The notes below the pieces were generated by a model. That model was given only the letters and a program-made list of their open reading frames with translations, had not been told where the DNA came from and did no database searches. From Paramoeba atlantica (taxonomy: Eukaryota; Protista; Discosea): a stretch of DNA of 64,000 nt. A program made the position numbers and the translations under genes. How positions within the stretch are numbered: position 1 is the stretch's first letter; each line of letters opens with the position of its first letter. Where the stretch lies: contig CDRNVI010000024.1 in NCBI GenBank assembly GCA_977017575.1, positions 62,001-126,000 of the forward strand. Direction: 5' to 3'. Shown here piece by piece: positions 21,680-32,625 of this stretch.

Positions 21680-22423
21680 TCAATAGTTCACGAAATATTG
21701 AATACATCCAACAAAGGCCCCAAAGAGCATTCCTCCTAAATGGGCCCAGTGACCCACAACGAACCGCTGAGAGAGCCACTGATCGGCGAACCCTCCAGCT
21801 AAGGAAGGAAGGCCCGGGTTACGCTCCACCCATTGCACTAATTCCCCACAAGCAATGGAAAACGCTCCCCAGAAATAGCCACGGACAGTAGCATTGTAAC
21901 AGAGAAGAGCATAGATGCCGGCCGACGAGCCACAAAAAGGTATGCGATCCTGCCACAGCTTTTGTGCCGAGCTAATGACAGTTGCCAGCATTTGAATTCC
22001 AAGCCCGTACTTGTTACCAGAACGTGTTCGGTGATATTTGTGCTCTAAGTACGTGGCTGATAACCCGGATAAAGCGCCTCCAATAAATACACCATAAAAA
22101 CACTGTAACGATTGCATTCTTGGCGTGGTTGCAACGGCGACAAAGTAGGACAATACGTTACTCCAAAGATGACGTTCGGAAGCATGTACTATTACATGAG
22201 TAAGAACCCGGTGAAGTGATGGAGTTCCACGAAGGATATAGAAATTTGCTCCCCAGCGATCAAGCCGGTCCTCTAGATCAGGATATGCATAGTGTACATA
22301 GATAAACAAGGCACAGGGAGCACAGCGTGATGCCACCCATGATAACGCAGGTTTCCAAGCAGGTGGTTTAATTTCTTCGTACGCTCTTTTATTATGGGTC
22401 CGCGATATTTGTCGACGAACCAT
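21680..22423 (-). CDS. Rhomboid family intramembrane serine protease
   Basis: HASERHLWSN, GSSAG catalytic Ser, HWAHLGG catalytic His. Confidence 0.85.
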   Translation of the reverse strand: MVRRQISRTHNKRAYEEIKPPAWKPALSWVASRCAPCALFIYVHYAYPDLEDRLDRWGANFYILRGTPSLHRVLTHVIVHASERHLWSNVLSYFVAVATTPRMQSLQCFYGVFIGGALSGLSATYLEHKYHRTRSGNKYGLGIQMLATVISSAQKLWQDRIPFCGSSAGIYALLCYNATVRGYFWGAFSIACGELVQWVERNPGLPSLAGGFADQWLSQRFVVGHWAHLGGMLFGAFVGCIQYFVNY

Positions 22424-23090
22424 AAATCGATCTGAATGGCTTATGCAGAAATGTGCCCCATACTAGCATATACGTTTCGGTATAATATTTATATCAAAAT
22501 GGTTAAACTACGCTCAAAAGGAGCCAAGGAAGGTTTTCTCAAATAATACAATTTATCATTCCAAGCACTTGTGGAATCGTACAATCATTAGCACAAGTAG
22601 GAAACATGCAGTATAGGTGACAGCCCTGTGTTACATATTCAGTTGAAAAGCTGAACTGAACATATGAGAGTTTTTCATAAACGGTTGATACAAATAAACC
22701 CCGATTGCACGTTCAGCCGAAAAATATCCAAGTCGAAAGGTACCTTCTAAATGCGGCATTCGGTGAGCACTCACGTAACGTCTCCCCTCAAGAGGAACTG
22801 GAATTCATTGGAATTCATGGTGGCGTCAAGATGAAGGGGAGAGTAAGTTCATATCATCAATGCTTGATGTTGTGTGATCATCTAAATTTCTTTATCAGAA
22901 GTATTTACGTTTATGCCCCCTGCGATGGGGCGAGGTACATCAGAGGCTTTCCTTAAGCCTTGGATAACTGGAAGCATCTCCTTTTGGCAGCGTTCGATAA
23001 AAGTAAGTGTCCCCTCAAGTGTTGCTTCACTCGCAGGGCTCTCGATGCTCTGAAGTATGTCATCATTTCTAGATAGTTGCGCCTTCATCA

Positions 23091-23120
23091 TAAATATGCA
23101 GTAGGTAAATATGCAGTAGG
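23091..23120. repeat. 15-bp perfect tandem duplication
   Basis: TAAATATGCAGTAGG x2. Confidence 0.75.
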
Positions 23121-23269
23121 TTTAAATTGAAGTACTCCCATGCTTTGTAATAGTACAAATGTAGAAAAAACTAGTATCTACGCTTAAAACTCACACAGCC
23201 CGCAAACCACAATCAGGCTTGATGAACCGATGCCGCGTTCAAAATTTGGGTATTTCCGCGCTGTATGGC

Positions 23270-23880
23270 CACGACAACTGCCATGATCGTGTGGTCCACA
23301 AAGCCTTTCGGATTCGTTGTGTACTTCGCTCGTTTTCTCAGGAGGGAGAGTGTGGCATTGCCGGGAACACCGAATATAGATAAAGCTAGCGGGTACAGGG
23401 GCATCCCCTTTTCCGGGCCGATTCTGCGTATTTGGTAAATTTGTCGGCTTTTCTAGTGTCCGGCCCGGGGCCTTGGCTTCCGCCTCGACGTACATACCCC
23501 TGCCGAGTCGATGGGTAATTACCCATGAGCGGGTCTGTGCGGGTAAACCATTTGGGAAAACCGCTTTTTGGGACTTTACCAACTGGGTGCACTGTACCTG
23601 CCCTTGGGAGGAGAATTTTGAGTTCGCACACGAGCGCAAAATAGAAAAATACAGGAGTTTATATCACTCTCGAAAACTCGACCATCCTACCACATTCCTA
23701 CTCGTCGTCGAGGTGGGAGCGAGAGGCAAACTGCATAAAATATGCCGGCCTGAACGCTCAACTCTCTCTTCATGGGACATGAGGAAGGGGTTGCAGCGTG
23801 TCGCCGAAATATGACAACTACAGCTCTTCGGGGAAGTTTCATAAATTTCCAGCACCGCGAGAACAAACAGTGGATGGAGG
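23270..23880 (+). mobile_element. Degenerate 3' fragment of an RLE-endonuclease non-LTR retrotransposon (HERO/R4-like)
   Basis: ORF 23473-23814 has TCPWEENFEFAHERKIEKYRSL and LVVEVGARG; upstream frame has HDRVV (RHD-x-V-like). Confidence 0.65.
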
Positions 23881-24209
23881 TTAGTTCTGAGGAGTGAGTC
23901 GCTGACTATCAGGTGATTTCAACGCGTTTTGTGGCGTAATATGGAACTCCCATATTCACTGTCTAATCCTTGTAGAATATTTTCTACATAATGACATACA
24001 GGGGGTGGCACTTGCACCTGGGGGGGTCTAAAATTTGTAAAAGTTGCTCAATTTTGAAGAACAATGCCGCGTAGAAGAGCTCTCTCAGAGTTGTATATCT
24101 TTGGCATATTCGGACCGCTCAAATTAAAAGATTCAATCCGATGTCTCGGATGATGAACTGATGTCTCGGATAATGAAGACCCGCCCCAGGTGCAAGTGAC
24201 ACCCCCTGC

Positions 24210-25250
24210 ATGTGTAATGTATGCAAAGCTGCGTCCTATCACAAAAAAAAGAAAGCATTCAGTGGAAAAGAAATGTCACCTCATCTCCTCACGATGCTAC
24301 GGGGAGGCATGGGTGACGGCATTCACAAGCTCCGTTACTTAAAGCTTGATGGTTGTCCGGTTAATCACGTTGCGCGAGTAGCAACCGAAAAAGAGCTAAA
24401 AGAAATTTATGATCGCTATGATCCCATTGGATCTGAAGACACAGAAAACCTTTGCAAAGGGGTTTGTTTGATAGTTCCCGCTGTACGCGAATTGCCGTGC
24501 TTCAGACACCTAGTCAATCTGATTGCTCGCGACGCAATGATGCCTTACCGAGAGAAGTCGTTTATAAAATTTCGAAATTGCTTTGCGCACCTCTTCTACT
24601 CGGGCGGAAAGCCTAGTGCAAAGAAAGGCAAATACACGGTTCAAGCCATGGAAGAATTGCTGGGCGCATATGACAGTGAAACAAACAATGCTATAACTTT
24701 TTTTAAGCAATGATATTCCGTTCTAGGTGACGAGACTCTACCAAGTTCAGTACGCACCAGCCATATTAATAAAACTTGTGACGCGCATCAGAAAATTGAA
24801 AGGGTTTCGTATCCAAATTTGAGAATCTTCTAAAAAGAGTTGCGCTCTTCATCATATCTAAATGATAAACATAATATTCTTAAAAAGGGGGGCCCAAAAA
24901 TTTATGATGCTATTGAACAGGCCCGCAAGCTTTGCTCTATTCCTGTGCCAAAACTTGGAGGAGTCACACGCTGGTGTACCGATCACTTTGACAGTGTTCG
25001 ATACTTTGCAGCACTGACATCTATTATTGCGCATGTTAAAAGCGAAGTCGAATAAGTGCAAACCCCCCATAGTTATTATTCACATTGTTTATTGCTCACA
25101 ATAATTTCATTTTAGTTTGAAAAACTTTTGCTTTTCTTCATGCCGGTACTGACGCGAGAGCTTTTATCTGAAATAGAAAATCTTTTTGATTTGCAGCTTG
25201 AGGCATATAATGATGGAGTGCAGGGCACAAATTATTTCAAGTTGTGAGTG
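24210..25250 (+). pseudogene. hAT-like transposase fragments (24210-24713, 24840-25055 and downstream)
   Basis: hAT-type CxxH and TRW motifs, interrupted by stops and deletions. Confidence 0.6.
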
Positions 25251-25831
25251 ATGACGAAGTGAGCTCGATTTCAGCCACATCACTCTCGGATGATAGTTAC
25301 CGAGCAAGAAATAGGGCTCGATAGTGCGATCGAAGACATACTTGTAGAAGAGAACATTGAACCCGTAGAATTCGGGGCTTCAGATTCTGATAGTTTCGAG
25401 GAGGAGGTCAAAGCACACGGAGCGCCAACCGTTAGGGTAGAGTCTCAGGTCACCGACCTTCATTGTCTTGCTACCCCCTTCCCAGAAGGGGCCCGAGCAC
25501 GGCTACCCAACCGTTGCTACCAGGACGGGCGTCCATCCCGTTGCATCGTGTGGGCTGTTTCTCAAGCCTCCTTTGCGTATCGAACCCCCAAGCTGCAGGT
25601 TGTAAGGCGCACCAACACTGCAGGTTGGCAGGCGCACCGCCTGCCAACTACGTCAGCACCTCCCTACTGTACGGTACGCAAACTTGGCGTCGCAGCATAG
25701 AAAAGAATACGCGTACTCATATAGCAAACTGATTTTTTTTGGGGGTAACTTTTTTCCCAGAACCGCTACTCTGAAAGGAAGAGTCCTCTGAAAACTCTCC
25801 TAGAACGGCTATTCCAGGGGAGGTTATAATA

Positions 25832-26503
25832 CAAGGGTGTAAATTTGGATGTGGGGGGGTCTAAAACGTAACATGACCGAACTAGGCACAAGGGGGTATT
25901 GCCCCCTAGACAAAGAGCCACCAAATGCTATTTGCAACTTTTTAAAGCAATGATAATACCGAAAAAAACATTAATAATTGCCATTATCGTCGTTTTATCT
26001 CAATTACAATACGGCATCGCTTTCGAAAGCTCTTCATGGCATTTTCAGGGGCTTTGAAACGCTGCTTCGATCGCAATGATCAAATCTGCACGATTCCGAG
26101 GGGCTCAACCATTTTTGAAGTTGCCCACTATGGAACATAAATTCTTAGCGAGAAAAAGATTGTGTTGTTTCGTAATCGGCAACGAGAACCATGCAACAGC
26201 CTGCTTTTACGTGCGCAGGCGAAGAATAAGCCCTTTCGTAGTCTTTGTGTTCGGGCGATCGTCCACAACCCCGTCTTTGTTGCATGAGTCAGGGGAGAAA
26301 TCAGAAAACCTGTGAAAAATGCAAGAATTTGTCTCCCAAAAAAATGAGCTTTTTTTATGTGCACTTGAAAATCTAATTAACGCAGATGCCGTACACACAC
26401 GTTCATGAGCCCTGTTCGAGAGCTCTCGAATGCGCTATTATTTTTCAAAATTGGTCAAGTTTTACAAATTTTAGACCCCCCCACATACAAATTTAGACCC
26501 CTG
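25832..26503. mobile_element. Nested 672-bp non-autonomous derivative sharing the right end
   Basis: CAAGGGTGTAAATTTGGATGTGGGGGGGTCTAAAA at 25832 matches the reverse complement of the 26503 end at 32/35. Confidence 0.5.
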
Positions 26504-27406
26504 TATAACCTACAATATACACGTATATTATATTATTTACACGTATACTTAGTATACGTTAAGCTAAGAAATACGATTATTCGTGAACAACCCCATGCAT
26601 GTCTCAGTATCTGTCTTAAAAAGTTAGTAAAAGGCAAATAATACGCAAGCAAGGCAAGTATATCGTTATTTACTGGTAGGACTAGTAATATCAAATAGTA
26701 CTACTACTTTACTGTTTTAAAAACACTCATGACAAAACATGTTGTGAAACAACGGAAACCGAGGTACAGCTACTTTTGATGTTCGTATTGAAAAAGCGAA
26801 AAAATGCAAGTACGAGTACCGCGTATACGCTAGATTTCCAAGAAAGGTATTGATACCTCATTCGCTCAATTCTAACGTCGCGCTACTGCTTACGAGAGAG
26901 AAAACTACATGCGCACATTGAAGAACAGAAGAAACTTCCAGAAGACCATAGAGAATGGATTCCAGCGAGCGTACTGAACTCGAACACTCATATATTGCAT
27001 CATCCGAGTTCAATAACATCTGCATTTAATAAAGGCTTAACTTTTATTCAAATGATGTTGTGTTCAAGTTAATCACATCGTAGAGTCAGTAAAACTCTAA
27101 GTACATTCAGTTGTTAACAAAAGAAAAGGCTAAAAGAAAACTATTCAGCTTATACCAATGTAAGCTGGAAGAAGATACGTGTAGATCACGAATGTAGTGA
27201 AATGGAAGTATGCCAGAAACCCATATATAAAAAAGAACACTTTTCCACACTTTAGGTACTGATAAGCAAATTAAAAAGAGGAGCAGAATATAAAAAAGAG
27301 CAGTGAATAGAATGCGATGAATAGCAGTGAATCCACGATAGATCTAACATAGATCCTTACACTGCCGACTAATATTATTGAGTTTTTAATTATTGGCGAA
27401 GCTTTG

Positions 27407-27955
27407 CAACTTTAAATTAAAAAATCAATAATTTTTGTGCCAATAATTTTCGTAGAAATTTGTACATATCGACAAACAATAGAAGTTGTTAGTACAGGGG
27501 CGGAAAACCCCAAAATTAGGTCAAAAGGGTTTTTTTGCTCCCAAAAAGATTCAAGAATTTTTACGGGGAAGAAAGTTGCTTATCACCAAAAAATTATTAT
27601 CCTTAGGAAGTACAAGTGTCCATAGGTATAACCCGGACGGTGGTTTGCATCTCTCTAATCTTGTCAAATGCGTTGCGAAGGGCAGGTTATTAAATGGTCA
27701 TTAAATGATGGGCTGCGGGTGTGATCTCGCATGATCTCGCGACCGGGTGTTGACATAAAGCCAATCTCGATCCTCCTGCATCAAATCCTCTCATAAAATT
27801 TGAATTTTTGTGTAAAATCTATGGCACTCTTCTCTAAAACGTGGTTGCCAAGATCAGACCTCATGAGAAATTCAAAAATTGACCAAAAAAATAAAAAAAT
27901 GTTTCTCGCCAAACATTGACAACTTTTAATTAAAAAAACAATAATTTTTGTGCCA
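27407..27955. repeat. 36-bp dispersed direct repeat pair
   Basis: 27407-27442 vs 27920-27955, 34/36 identical. Confidence 0.65.
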
Positions 27956-28039
27956 TGAATTTTAGCGATAATAATTTTTGGCTTGGGTGTATAAGAATAT
28001 AACCTTATATAGATCTTATAAAAAATTGTTACCAAAAGT

Positions 28040-28813
28040 TCACTCATATCGCTCGTAGACGGCAAAATGCTTAACAGCGCCTCGCCTTTGGGATCTTTTT
28101 GCGTCCTCGCTGGAGTGCACGAGTGTAGTCAATAAGGGGTCAGCGGTACAGTGTTCCTCTCCGAGTCTTCGAAACAAATCTGGGAAATGACTCAATCTTT
28201 CTACCATCCATTCATGAAGCTCTTCCACGTCCGTTACAGTATAAAGTCTTCCATTGGGACGCAATACGTAGGCATACTCCGGAATAAGTGAATCTGATAG
28301 AATACGTCGTCGAACGTTGTGCTGCTTAAAATGTGGATCGGGGTAGCAAAAGAATATACACTCCAATTGCTGCTTTGGGATCCAGAAAGCGAGTGACCGC
28401 ATTACATTCGCCTCAAGAAACCAAACATTATGCAACAACGATTCGTTTTTGCGCTCCTCCAGCACTCGAGATTTCGCGAATTCTACAACTTTTTTACGAA
28501 TTTCCATCCCGAGTATGTACTTCTGAGGATAAGAGGGACCTAATGCGCAAAGCATGCCGCCATAAGCACTTCCGACATCAAGCCAATCTATGGGGCACTG
28601 TAAGCGAACTGTATTGTCTTCTCGTTTTGACATGATTTTATCTTTCGTAGACTCGTTCAGTTGAGGATACATTTCACACCAATCAACATCTTCGGGGCAA
28701 GTTGGATGATAAGCGAGCGTATCAGACAAGGGATTGCGGTGTGGACGGACTCGTATGGGAAATCTTGTCCAACGAGGGCCTGTGATATCGCTGTACTGAG
28801 TCGGTCTGCTCAT
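28040..28813 (-). CDS. TRM8: tRNA (guanine-N7)-methyltransferase
   Basis: WLDVGSAYGG, GMEIR, FCYPDPHFK, TDVEELHEWM; first ATG 28813. Confidence 0.93.
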   Translation of the reverse strand: MSRPTQYSDITGPRWTRFPIRVRPHRNPLSDTLAYHPTCPEDVDWCEMYPQLNESTKDKIMSKREDNTVRLQCPIDWLDVGSAYGGMLCALGPSYPQKYILGMEIRKKVVEFAKSRVLEERKNESLLHNVWFLEANVMRSLAFWIPKQQLECIFFCYPDPHFKQHNVRRRILSDSLIPEYAYVLRPNGRLYTVTDVEELHEWMVERLSHFPDLFRRLGEEHCTADPLLTTLVHSSEDAKRSQRRGAVKHFAVYERYE

Positions 28814-29184
28814 TTCGTTATAGCACAAAAGGAGTACACCCACACTGCAACCTTGTAAAGTAGATTACGTAAACAAAACTTAGATACAAAGAATGTTAAT
28901 GTAATAGCGAAGAATTTATTAAGCTTGAATTTATAGCTTGAATTAATAGTCAAATGCAAAAATTTATTTCTGTTTGCATTGTTGAAACATCCACTTCTCA
29001 GGAACAGTGATGAATCATTAAAAAATGTATGCGCTAAAATCGCTACTTTTCTTCAACACACAGGGAATACAACTACAATACATGAACCGATGTGCCTAAG
29101 AAAGAAACGTGATAATGGATCAAATTGAGGATCTTTTTGTATATAAATGCCTCATAAAATTTCCTTCTCTGATGTGCCCCCGAT

Positions 29185-29958
29185 TTAAAGATTACTTTCG
29201 TAATGAAAGGACTCCTCTTTCGGTATATCCCTATCCCTATCCGCAAGAAAGGCACCCCACATTGTAAGCATTGTTCTCAACTCGCCGTAACACTCGTCAA
29301 GATTATCATTCACGAGGTTGTGATCAAACATTTCCCGATTCTCTTCATAAAAATTAAGCTCATTTCGTGTCGTCGTCATCCGCGTTTTAATCTTATCATC
29401 CGACTCCGTCCCGCGGCGTCGCAGTCGAGTCTCTAAACACCGTAGACTCGGGGGGAGGATAAAAAGCAAGCGAACCACCATGCCCAGACGATCACGTTGC
29501 TGGTGAATCGATGCCGCCCCCTGGACATCAATATCCAGAATACAGATCTTCCCCTGGCGTTGGACAATGTCGCGCACCGCGGAGTGACTGGTGCCGTAGT
29601 GCTCGTTGTGGACCACCGCGGACTCCATGAAGTCCCCGGCCGCGACCGCGCGCTGCATCCAGCGGCGGTCGGTGTAATAATAATGCACCCCGTGTTGCTC
29701 CCCCGGGCGAGGGGCCCGGGTGGTGTGGGAGATGCTAAAACCGAAGCTCTGGGGGTATTCCGAGCGAAGCTTTCGGATCAGCGTCCCTTTGCCAACCCCG
29801 CTGGGACCGACAATGCCTAACACCTGGACGGGGGCGGTGGAGCGAGATCGGGGAAGCGGTTTCCCGACACCCGGGGTCTGCTTGCTGATTTCATCTTTTT
29901 TATGTGATGTGACGTGCGCCTTTGGCTTGTCCTCATGTATGGGGGCCTCGAAGGTCAT
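29185..29958 (-). CDS. GUK1: Guanylate kinase
   Basis: GPSGVGKGT, SISHTTRAPRPGEQHGVHYYY, HYGT, LDIDVQGA, LETRLRRRGTE; first ATG 29958. Confidence 0.95.
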   Translation of the reverse strand: MTFEAPIHEDKPKAHVTSHKKDEISKQTPGVGKPLPRSRSTAPVQVLGIVGPSGVGKGTLIRKLRSEYPQSFGFSISHTTRAPRPGEQHGVHYYYTDRRWMQRAVAAGDFMESAVVHNEHYGTSHSAVRDIVQRQGKICILDIDVQGAASIHQQRDRLGMVVRLLFILPPSLRCLETRLRRRGTESDDKIKTRMTTTRNELNFYEENREMFDHNLVNDNLDECYGELRTMLTMWGAFLADRDRDIPKEESFHYESNL

Positions 29959-30215
29959 GGCATACGGGGAAAACGAAGCGGGTGCGTCGGTGATAAAATC
30001 GAGAAATCTAGATTGTACCGAGACAAGGTATGATGTATCGACACTAGTAGTCAATGTGTGTTAAACTGTTTTATATGCAATTGTATTTAAAGATCTTAAA
30101 AACTGAGACATATTTTATCCAAAAGATTTTAATAAAATCTATCAGCGCAGCGTACGTGTTAGCAAAGTGTTAAGAATGTCGATTTTAATGCACAAAAAAA
30201 ATGGACAAGATACGT

Positions 30216-31145
30216 TTAATTGCGAGAGAGGGTCCTCTTATTTTTAACGCTTTTCCATATTTGATTTAATTTGTGCTCTGTTGAATCGCCCAATTCAATT
30301 CTTTGAAAAAGAAATTCTTCGTCTATAAAGTGGCGCACATGTGGCTCGTCTTCCTCAGCAAGAATAGCATTACTTTGGTGAGCGCCCCTGAGACTCAACG
30401 CAACTTCCTGACATTTTCGAGTAAAATATTCCGATAATGTGCTTCCGTTTGTTTCGCTGGTTAAGCCATCACGAAGGACAGCGAGGGCGCTTCCCATATT
30501 TGAGAATGACTCATGAGCCTCAGATAAAAGAATGTGTGATTTTGCATTTTTAGGAAAACTTTCGCATAAAATTTTGGCGGTTTGTAATGCACGGGAACGA
30601 AGTCCTGTCACAAGTTCCGAGTCACATTTGAGTACGAGAAAGTCAAAATGCTTTGAACATCCCTGATAATGATTTACACCCGAACCAGAATACTTTTTAA
30701 GCTCTTTTTCTACTATTTGAAGGGCTTTCCTATAACATTTTGCGTTATAGTGCTTTCGTGCAAGAGATAACGTATCCTCTGTTGCAGTAATCTCATCAAA
30801 GGTATCTTCTAAAAGTGTGTAAGGTGCCGTGACATCGTCAAAAGATTCCTCTAGAAGATCATCCGAACGGGTTTCACTGCAGCTAGATGATGATTCAGCT
30901 TCCAGCGGGTTTTGATCATGCATCTCTGTCACTAAAACATCACTTTCAGCTTCATGAGGGCGAACATCACAATTGTTCATCGCCCTCACCAAACCTTCTC
31001 GGTTTTCCTCACACCCTTGTCGGAAAGAAGCAAAATAGTGTAATACTGGAACCAAAATAAGGGGCATAATAATAGCTGTCAACATTGCAGCAGAAATAGC
31101 GCAGATCTCATACCAAGGTAGGTCACAAAAGAGGTCTGCAAGCAT
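30216..31145 (-). CDS. Membrane-anchored TPR-like protein (copy 1)
   Basis: N-terminal TM helix, acidic linker, TPR-like helices (ARKHYNAKCYRKAL; PKNAKSHILLSEAH). Confidence 0.6.
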   Translation of the reverse strand: MLADLFCDLPWYEICAISAAMLTAIIMPLILVPVLHYFASFRQGCEENREGLVRAMNNCDVRPHEAESDVLVTEMHDQNPLEAESSSSCSETRSDDLLEESFDDVTAPYTLLEDTFDEITATEDTLSLARKHYNAKCYRKALQIVEKELKKYSGSGVNHYQGCSKHFDFLVLKCDSELVTGLRSRALQTAKILCESFPKNAKSHILLSEAHESFSNMGSALAVLRDGLTSETNGSTLSEYFTRKCQEVALSLRGAHQSNAILAEEDEPHVRHFIDEEFLFQRIELGDSTEHKLNQIWKSVKNKRTLSRN

Positions 31146-31430
31146 GAGGATGGATAAATAGGTTAGGTCAAATAAGAAAATGAGATGTTAGCTTGTTAAA
31201 GGCACTTTACTATTTAAAGTGTTATGCCATCTTCTTTAAAGTTAATGTGCCTCCATGAGGTAACCAGCTATGCGATTGACACGGAGCCAATAAAAGACAT
31301 CGTTCCCCCAAAAAATATAAAACAAAAGAGAGATAAATGCGGAAAAGTGCTTCAAGAAAATTGCGACGCCTTTCTTTCAACAATTAAACTAAAAGTCACT
31401 CATATCATTCCTTCTATTCGAGCACGAGAA

Positions 31431-32414
31431 CTAAAAATCCTCTGTTAGTCGAAATATGTTCATTGTCTTATCAAGAAAGGTTCTTAACCGTGATGGATCG
31501 GAATGTTGCATATTACCTACGCATGATCCATCTGAGGTGTTTATTACAACAATCGTAGGAATTTTAGATACGTCGTAGTGTGTCCTCACGTAAGGATAAT
31601 GATCATAATGACAATACACGAAATGGGCGTATTCGGTGTACTCCTTCTCTAGGATAGGAAGGTGGGGCTTCAATACCTTACATGGGGGACACCAGGGAGC
31701 GGAAATCACTAGAACATAATAGGGATGTAATTTGAGGCCTGGCGTGATCGGATGAGGTGCTGTGGAACTGTTATCTTGATCCTTTACTGTCGCATTCGAA
31801 AGGGGAACTTGGAAGGGTAATCGTAGTGGTGACGGAATAAATGAAGAAACTTTCACGTTCTTCCCAGTGTCTTCATTTTTTGTCGAACTGGTAGATGACC
31901 ACTTGCCTTCAAAATACTTTGCACCGCCACACCATGCCTGAATGCACGGCAAAGGAGTGCGAATTTTGCAGCACTCAACAACATCTTCCAAGGCGTAACA
32001 GTTGATAAAGATAGACTCCACGCGATACTTCGCAGGAAGAACACAAGGTGACGACACCCCACCAAGACACGACTGTTCGATAATTCTAATTTTTGGAAAC
32101 GCAGGCGCAATGCGACGTGTCCAAGGTGCGTTAAAACCGACTAAGTAAATCACGCTTTCAGATGAGTTGGCAGATGTGAAAGAATCAAAAAGTTTGGCTA
32201 AATTTTCCAGAGAAGTAATTCGTCGAACTCCAGAGTAAAAAACATGACATAATTCAAGTTCCCGAGTAGCTGTTTCAGTTCTTGCTTCTTCTGAATTTTC
32301 GGAGTATCCTATCCATCTCGTCGTGTACATAATGTTATCTTGATCTTTTTTCTTGATAATTCGTTCGCACGGCTCTTCTGAGCGAAGTCTTTTTCCAGGC
32401 TCCGCCTCCATCAT
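31431..32414 (-). CDS. Protein with C-terminal thioredoxin domain (copy 1)
   Basis: SAPWCPPCK, YDVSKIPT; first ATG 32414. Confidence 0.8.
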   Translation of the reverse strand: MMEAEPGKRLRSEEPCERIIKKKDQDNIMYTTRWIGYSENSEEARTETATRELELCHVFYSGVRRITSLENLAKLFDSFTSANSSESVIYLVGFNAPWTRRIAPAFPKIRIIEQSCLGGVSSPCVLPAKYRVESIFINCYALEDVVECCKIRTPLPCIQAWCGGAKYFEGKWSSTSSTKNEDTGKNVKVSSFIPSPLRLPFQVPLSNATVKDQDNSSTAPHPITPGLKLHPYYVLVISAPWCPPCKVLKPHLPILEKEYTEYAHFVYCHYDHYPYVRTHYDVSKIPTIVVINTSDGSCVGNMQHSDPSRLRTFLDKTMNIFRLTEDF

Positions 32415-32625
32415 ACTCTGCAATGATTGCTGAAAATTCTATTCTAATATGATGCACTAAAGTAAGAACAAAGCTATTTTCGCAAAAAAAATAGTGCAAA
32501 AAGAAAGAATTACTTCACAAACGAAAATTCACACACAAGAAAGTACATTCCTATTACGAGGCTAACTGAAAAACCCACTTTAGCTGCAAATGTTTTTGCT
32601 TTCCTATTTTTATTTTTTTAGAGGG

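Larger units (their letters stand above)
23999..26503 (+). mobile_element. Decayed hAT-like DNA transposon with about 86-bp imperfect TIRs
   Basis: TIRs 23999-24084 / 26418-26503 start CAGGGG; internal ORF pieces carry LKLDG, PCFRHLVNLIARD (CxxH) and LGGVTRW; no TSD found. Confidence 0.65.

Noticed and set aside
22705-23091. Short ORFs on both strands after the rhomboid
   Set aside because: No motif; possible pseudogene but unsupported
23213-23404. Minus-strand LYPLALSIFGVPG as a hAT dimerisation motif
   Set aside because: No ERxFS follows, and the + strand gives much stronger RLE retrotransposon motifs
25052-25115. Intron-like segment (ATAAGT...CTCAC...TTTTAG) in the hAT-like relic
   Set aside because: Donor is non-canonical and removing 64 nt shifts out of the plausible downstream frame
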